Shown here piece after piece: positions 61,101 to 64,000 of a stretch of 64,000 bases of DNA. The position numbers were made by a program, and so were the translations under genes. The first letter of the stretch is position 1, and every line of letters starts with the position of its first letter. The DNA comes from a virus (taxonomy: Duplodnaviria; Heunggongvirae; Uroviricota; Caudoviricetes): IMG/VR virus record IMGVR_UViG_3300020050_006655; one strand, written 5' to 3'. The notes below the pieces were generated by a model. The model was given only the letters and a program-made list of their open reading frames with translations. It had not been told where the DNA came from and made no database searches.

Positions 61101-61489
61101 TCATCTGTAAGATTAGGATAATTGATTTTATAATTCTCAATTGTTGATTTCCAATCAGGTTTATATTTAAACTGTCTAATAGCATCTGCGCGTTCAGCAG
61201 GAGTTAAAAACATTCTCCATACTCTATGGAATGCTTCATGTCTTGCTGTTCTTATATCTGCTTTCTCTGATAAAAGAATTTTACCATCCGCTTTAAATCG
61301 ACCAAAAGATTTATTATCTATCAGTCCAGCAACAATAATAACTTCTTCTCTTGACATACCAAGATACTCTTGTAAGAATCTGATATTAGATTCTTGATCT
61401 TGGTTTGGCATTTCTTCTACCAACAATCGTTTGATCCTATCTGTTGAAAACTGTTTTCCTTTATAGGTGTAGGTACAATTTATTTGCAT
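52139..61489 (-). CDS. giant multidomain protein (3116 aa) with HExxH zincin-like motifs, Asp-rich DFDID loop and SF1 Pif1/RecD-like helicase core
   Basis: HEAFH near N-terminus (~nt 61227-61245). VGSDFDIDK (~nt 56925-56945). SF1 helicase motifs GAAGTGKTS (~54650-54680), VVVDESSML (~54395-54425), GDSKQIPQV (~54306-54335) and IHKSQGAT (~53430-53450). Second HExxH LHEQIHAITH (~52900-52940). Confidence 0.65.
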   Translation of the reverse strand: MQINCTYTYKGKQFSTDRIKRLLVEEMPNQDQESNIRFLQEYLGMSREEVIIVAGLIDNKSFGRFKADGKILLSEKADIRTARHEAFHRVWRMFLTPAERADAIRQFKYKPDWKSTIENYKINYPNLTDEDLIEEFFADEFETYQLQPDSYKVQPNKSLFERLLNFIKKVLGLKLDDIKTIYDRILSKEFTGSPRIPYSKDADSIVIGESNREISVTDKNDIVNFLSARIIGRLVNKDLEGYTDVLEDLKWDAHGQLEQYVDTDLLNDIGDNLDSDGIVWQEIISKLEYYGLEIVQKKRKIVKEDQTAEDVETESVLGETSATREFVSAIKVNPKDGLSTRVKLLLASFQHPVNKTSVGVPVTVSASTAYNQIALGMAGIPTKYFLEELEKLDLPFVEDLLTKLGKTPEGWNTKTIKLRNEFVSKMALTENNFTFFQYGEDDKKNTEIRFSNLNSETREANLIRKWNSNLLAKTDFIIEDQQVQYLKYFRDNLNKITSRDVKTVARQMADVFGIVLDERTIDKSYPHLRAAATAILGKPKYKENGRSIYAKFDIGGQINKIAKIQAKYEESVDTMITVLDTKIYALGLNTQQTIMVNKAKYLVNRFKKESQSTQDILNRLRKEMPEMFNNWNMSKDELGNWRLQPLLAAIYDNNFDITIPYAAKNSQEDEMYVDKMSEPDLIALHINGAMTGNFMSMKHSDRSTFFAYKTDPLVNITDMFGNSSDIKTPGINIIVEGLVKEIQKEVEFARSEYSNLPMQYIGNKDGLKTGYSKLLSETRLTEILNGKEINESDKTQLYKMVEDDFKKFMDTIKENELYVPGVHIAGINPSTIAEFNKRTLPFTGETKGFKNSAIELTLLYSYVNEHLFHMNESRLFTGDNRMFKNANDLYKRLATQSSNGLLTATDDLTNSVIRQELNQSYEVFDIATGKTVTINASDNLNDTKVRGVTIKEQDDYKSRLLVPSGVQSKLGIENPTKIASAMEWGFLQDIPNPTESEKSKMISKIEQAEKKYSEVNENDGLSYMTLPAFKNYQIRLGNWTDEMDVAYQVEMELLKYRSLSEAKDLVVTIKGKNKYNGLIIKPFEGAFNKGKDENGVPYKLEAMHTLKVQYAGPSVQEAFAKGREELEYSFFTVFKTSNHLLQPSAIMGTNLQAMNHSMLVSGVQVAHMGSANKVGAVDPKIAAKQVQQDENDTRKDNPIVGKIADKGLTFYDENGAFNQDAFLLASNPETGFANYLFDWEYYKDQVKIGNKEKSEISGSTQSLKILLSNLIVNGQERFPGAMDIVKRYLEIIDQMVKANQDSFLTELGWDGDFTSYEKLKEVVLNSSQVANAADNLKNLVENFLNDPKNIETLSLRQKIENVLHALVTSNVIDFDRAGNSYPQAASTGYEPYGSRIRLEDGTYQSQELDFYEPVFDNDGNLLKVKPAEVIIPLPSKWIPSLYKAAGTNNLIEALEWLNNKVAEDKKSDGDLFIVKGLRIPNQQLSSNDMFRVKKFTLPTVQAYAIVPSEIVIKVGSDFDIDKINIYWTSDIQNRIFSPEKVTTVNLDNQLLSIEKEILLHPNNVQHLLMPLTNDIFVETLYKRFFVKSGLIEGENDNFFTILNPITNAKKAVIFVQGKFAVGIGALSITFAAVNQVNSVAGNSINSEYYVGQDKEGNPVFLPSAVRFGSASQYDFSSYTDNQFNTLSEVMSQLLTMYVDGVKEPYAVLMNITLQTANVVDYLIKNNVSAAEITKFLSQPIIKKYLTMQKVNESMYLKNDTYEKDIPVYDKDKKPVLDKNGQPKYKTIVLTREETDKKEFIKKILETVGKASMLDYQAKVGFMTLSDFEITENQLTNDLLKPESSDDYRTRQANYLQSFLEIQNLSIVYGDFLKTQNSDTAGWADSQDWLKDRQLRDQIALANLVPEEVVNYHDEQGLLSPFYKYGRTLYRKLYEPFYGFAEGKPFSERLSNIKLALAKSQKGATKDRLMSTFDNDFILYLVHNFNFNKDSFMELMIGQNSVAKRVRVAKEKLPNNPFLKALQPLIGEKNKTKIRVDNLRLYEKKLDGYSSNDMVKAFEELHELDSQLYKDIINVLFFQNGLNQGILNFFNVVPQGKDATRTEDNEHLYYAQDIINDSFEQFESLNEQERDLMIDKFLMLFNLNNPNFLASRYNANVVRKKNVTDYQTGQKSIVYVVKGEEKGKEIVVPLLGDRNVKRYHVSGLIVQQPKTLNKQSDENQSQSQSNRLGKLVFSYKGKTIETEFELGVDQSKALRDLIDYVESSNDPAITLQGAAGTGKTSVIGYLQKYFGNRSFLYMAPTHAAVAELAFATVKTGNNKLPLTVAKSVYEKEILGTNKREGFFTSSATKYIGYNSVVVVDESSMLGEKDVRLLVEASKNAGVKLIFMGDSKQIPQVMTGNPSVKNLSPAFTRFKQLSLNQVFRQKNNILLDLLSKMRIQTEFKLFQPRINNDSVQFLPLAEFNKQYVNDLQADPTNTVQISYTNSQVQTINQKAREVLGRVGETQIGDIVIGYLGYGTKQIEKGDVANSIQYKIVKFDKTGSSVGLTIKSDKLDRLSEMGIGGIPPTGYTNYFQLSLNDSLTFNHLTSKDFTNNNNDVSSYFKQIHNLNKNYQNKSISYGVYIEELQSIGAALRKVSVGNTYVFNPSTDQMELFDAVKHKNIKTEGLGSLKFEKDIDYGHAITIHKSQGATIENVYFNADSLSPATNIPIVDQNNVQVTTERQALAYVAMSRSKNKLVVHNTRFEVEKIDSKPLPDTGETTQTEDPIFNLGFTNARQYVQHIADSSDVLSPLATRLLRFKSNVPVMITENVLPNPVKGTDTGRIYGESLAAYFPSTREIKISPKVMFPSRTILHEQIHAITHQYIRDNPNSKEVQELEKLLAYTRSKAMSIDPKAIYPLEDLDEFITGIFTRRNFMLALQQIPYQGSNVMTKLIEWFSKLFQFTPKQNTLFEEVMFHAENLLNQIEREESLGIDLFESLQRETSLEKEYQKILNKYGVKYKGSKEINKNADWPSLLKDIAKVNREFGKSLNLYKAPNDKWYLRISNDVDTISKQQQDNRVVAEYNQKQMETSLGQMGQDVVNNWDRYFDDYLHLSEEDKTAYAQLIENGQVQIQCKL

Positions 61490-64000
61490 GTTTTAGTTAT
61501 TTCTCCAGACTGGAGTTTGATTTGTAAAAGTTCATCTGCCGTAAATACTTTATCAGCATCTAAATTACCAGATGCCTTTTTGTTTCTATCAGCATATTTA
61601 TTGCCTTTTTTGATAGGTTCGGATTTCATTGTTTCTTGAACAACCGTTTTTCCTGTAGACCAACCAATATAAAGATTCTTTTGTAGTCTTGATGGATAAT
61701 CGGGATGAACAACAGACATTGTTAAAAGATCATTTTCAAGAGCGTTACTTAAATAAGTACCGTTAGTCTGTTGTGATCTAATACTACCCTTGTCAAAAGT
61801 AAACTTAACAGCAGGAGATTCAACAAGACGTTTATTAAATGCTTTTCTTTTAGATAAAAGAAAATCTTTAAAATCCTGTAAAGCATCACTATCTTTATAT
61901 AAATCGGCAAGTGCTATTGTTCTTTGTTCTTGCCCATAAGGATGATAAACTACTATTTGACCTTCAACATAAAAACCACCTTCACCCTTACTAAATCTTG
62001 TGAAGTAGTTAAACAATGGAACTTCTGTATCTGTAAATACGCCAATGTTATTTCTTGATTTAACACTAGTAATAGGAATTGAAACGTCTAACACAATATC
62101 ATCAACAGATTGGTTATTTAACAATGAAAGCATATGAACAATCATGTCTGCTTCCTCTTTATTAATATTCCTAACTCTAAGAGGATATAGATTAATATCG
62201 TTTGATATTGCTACAACATCACCTTTATTCACATTAACAATCTTTCCTGCAAAATCAACAGTACCTGTTTCTGAAACAACTACTTGATGGACGCCTGATG
62301 GTATGTTTGTAGATGCTTGGTTCCATATAACATTACCAGAATCATCATACCTCATTACCATGTGGCCTTTTGTAACCTCATTGATAGAAACTTCTGTTGG
62401 TTCTTTAAAACCGTAATACCATTGTTCATAAACAGATTGGGCATTGCGTAATTTTTCAGCATAAGTATCTCCGGGGAACTTATCTATGTGGCTATTTGCT
62501 ACACGAACATTACCAGCCTTGTATGTTGTTTCTGGACGCTGAATACTTGTAAATACAAATTGACCATCTACTTTTACAGGTTGTCCATTCTTATAAAGCA
62601 CTGACCATAAATCATTATCGAATATCTCGATACCCGATATTTCTTTAGAAATCTGTGCAAACAATTCTTCATTCTCCTTAATCTTGTTGAACGGATAAAT
62701 AACAATAGTATCTGCTTCTGTAATCTCCATCTGATCTACATACTTAAACCATCTTTGTTGAGCAGGAGTTCCAAGTACAGGTAAACCTTCTGGTGTAAGA
62801 TTATCTTTATAAACCTTACCGTCAAACGTATAACTTGCATTAACACCACTTGTATGTTTATCGGATATAGGTAATTTACCAATCTCTTGTTCTACAAGAT
62901 CAGATGTAGAAACATCTTCAAGTGGTTCATCTGGTAAACTAGATGTGGGAGAAAGATCAACTCGTGTGTCATCTATAATCTGAAAATCAGACGGGTTAAA
63001 GTCTTCTACTACTTGTTGAGCAGATTCGTCTATCAGTTGAAAATCAGTAAAATCTTCCGGTCTTAATTCAATTAGTCCTTCATCTGTCAATTCTCCTATA
63101 CGAGTACCTTCTGGAGTATCAGTAACAGTTAATTCTTTTTTCTCTCCTGTAGATGTTTTCTTAACAGGAACAGGCTTACGTGTAATCTTAACCTTTTCAG
63201 ACGGTATTGGAGTACCAACTACAGGCTCGTTTGTAGACTTTGAATACTTCTCAAGTAATAACTTAGATATTTGCTGTCTTATTATTTTATTCTTTGTTAG
63301 TTTTTCACTGGACAAATAGTCATCTATGTCGGTTTGGCTTGGAACAACTCCTTTTGGAAGTTTGTCAAAATATTCCCAAATCTCAAACATCTTATCTGAA
63401 AAAACAGACCTGTCTGAATAATCTCGAACATTTGACCAGTTTTTATAGACATCTTCATTGTCTAAAATATCTCTAAAATTGTCAAATATATTAGACTCTT
63501 TTCTTTTACCGTTTTCTATTACAGGTTCAATTGGTTCAGAAGCCTTGATTATTTCTTCTTCTTTCTTAGCAATAGCCTCAACTTTTGTTTTTACTTCTTC
63601 TTTCTTCTTAGATGTATCTTTAGCAACTTCTTCCTCAACATTCAGATCATCCTTAATAACAGCATCATATAAAGCATTAACAGTTTCTTTATCAAAAAGA
63701 CTTTCATAGTTTTGATTTGTCTGTGTTTGCTTTTTATCTACTTCTTTAAGAAGTTTAAAGTAGTCTTGAATCTGTTGTCCTTCTTTTGCTGTAATACTAT
63801 CCTTGATCTTATATCCAAAATCATCCAACCTTTCAACTTTAGATTCAAGATTCAAACGTCTAAATTCTTCATCTGCTTTTGTTTTAACTGTTTTAAGAGA
63901 TTCAAACTCAAGTAGTGTTTGTAACTTAGCGTTAAAATACTTTTGTCTAAAAGAAGCATATTGATTGGTAGAACCTTTTTCTGGTTTTATAAAACGTTCT
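61480..64000 (-). CDS. giant protein, C-terminal ≥840 aa (N-terminus beyond window end)
   Basis: The track ORF 61480..63855 begins at a TTG. The reading frame stays open to nt 64000 with no stop, so the gene continues outside the window. The sequence is acidic, low-complexity and Glu/Lys-rich. Confidence 0.55.
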   Translation of the reverse strand, partial: ERFIKPEKGSTNQYASFRQKYFNAKLQTLLEFESLKTVKTKADEEFRRLNLESKVERLDDFGYKIKDSITAKEGQQIQDYFKLLKEVDKKQTQTNQNYESLFDKETVNALYDAVIKDDLNVEEEVAKDTSKKKEEVKTKVEAIAKKEEEIIKASEPIEPVIENGKRKESNIFDNFRDILDNEDVYKNWSNVRDYSDRSVFSDKMFEIWEYFDKLPKGVVPSQTDIDDYLSSEKLTKNKIIRQQISKLLLEKYSKSTNEPVVGTPIPSEKVKITRKPVPVKKTSTGEKKELTVTDTPEGTRIGELTDEGLIELRPEDFTDFQLIDESAQQVVEDFNPSDFQIIDDTRVDLSPTSSLPDEPLEDVSTSDLVEQEIGKLPISDKHTSGVNASYTFDGKVYKDNLTPEGLPVLGTPAQQRWFKYVDQMEITEADTIVIYPFNKIKENEELFAQISKEISGIEIFDNDLWSVLYKNGQPVKVDGQFVFTSIQRPETTYKAGNVRVANSHIDKFPGDTYAEKLRNAQSVYEQWYYGFKEPTEVSINEVTKGHMVMRYDDSGNVIWNQASTNIPSGVHQVVVSETGTVDFAGKIVNVNKGDVVAISNDINLYPLRVRNINKEEADMIVHMLSLLNNQSVDDIVLDVSIPITSVKSRNNIGVFTDTEVPLFNYFTRFSKGEGGFYVEGQIVVYHPYGQEQRTIALADLYKDSDALQDFKDFLLSKRKAFNKRLVESPAVKFTFDKGSIRSQQTNGTYLSNALENDLLTMSVVHPDYPSRLQKNLYIGWSTGKTVVQETMKSEPIKKGNKYADRNKKASGNLDADKVFTADELLQIKLQSGEITKTCK

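Noticed and set aside
1-64000. Stop-codon recoding or suppressor tRNAs (common in some crAss-like phages)
   Set aside because: No tRNA with a CTA, TCA or TTA anticodon was found. The giant genes are free of in-frame stops under the standard code.
1-64000. CRISPR array, integrase/transposase, prophage att sites
   Set aside because: No regular repeat-spacer arrays and no recombinase motifs seen. The sequence looks like a lytic-phage genome segment, not an integrated element.

Overview
The window reads as a 64 kb piece of an AT-rich, densely packed dsDNA phage genome. I see no integrase, no bacterial housekeeping genes, and many ATGA/overlapping start-stop junctions. From 1 to 48.1 kb everything is on the + strand. 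The first ~20 kb holds many small hypothetical genes, including several paralogous families, interspersed with seven tRNA genes: Leu-TAG, Gln-TTG, Lys-TTT, Ser-TGA, Thr-TGT, Arg-TCT and Met-CAT. From 20 to 48 kb there is a DNA replication and nucleotide-metabolism module: an SF2 helicase, a compact family-B DNA polymerase, a DnaB-like helicase, a TOPRIM primase, uracil-DNA glycosylase, an Hjc-like resolvase, dUTPase, dCMP deaminase, an IMPDH/GMP-reductase-like enzyme, a HAD phosphatase, an ATP-dependent ligase, a MazG-like protein and a small ABC ATPase. At about 48.1 kb there is a convergent UUCG-tetraloop terminator. The remaining ~16 kb is the - strand and consists of three consecutive giant ORFs of 1333 aa, 3116 aa and at least 840 aa; the last runs off the window edge. 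The 3116-aa protein carries two HExxH zincin-like motifs, an Asp-rich DFDID loop and a complete SF1 (Pif1/RecD-like) helicase core. This layout, a replication module converging on a block of giant virion/cargo-type genes, resembles crAss-like (Crassvirales-type) phages, but I cannot confirm that without database searches. The most unusual content sits inside the replication module: (i) a ubiquitin-like β-grasp domain, a JAB/JAMM metallopeptidase (exact HxHx7Sx2D motif) and a minimal ThiF/E1-like adenylating enzyme lie within 3.3 kb, which suggests a phage-encoded Ub-like conjugation/deconjugation system; (ii) a WGR-PARP-like poly(ADP-ribose) polymerase homolog; (iii) a GS...DxD nucleotidyltransferase, a DUF262/ParB-like protein and a phosphatase + RNA-ligase pair that, together with tRNA-Lys(UUU), may form a tRNA-repair counter-defence.
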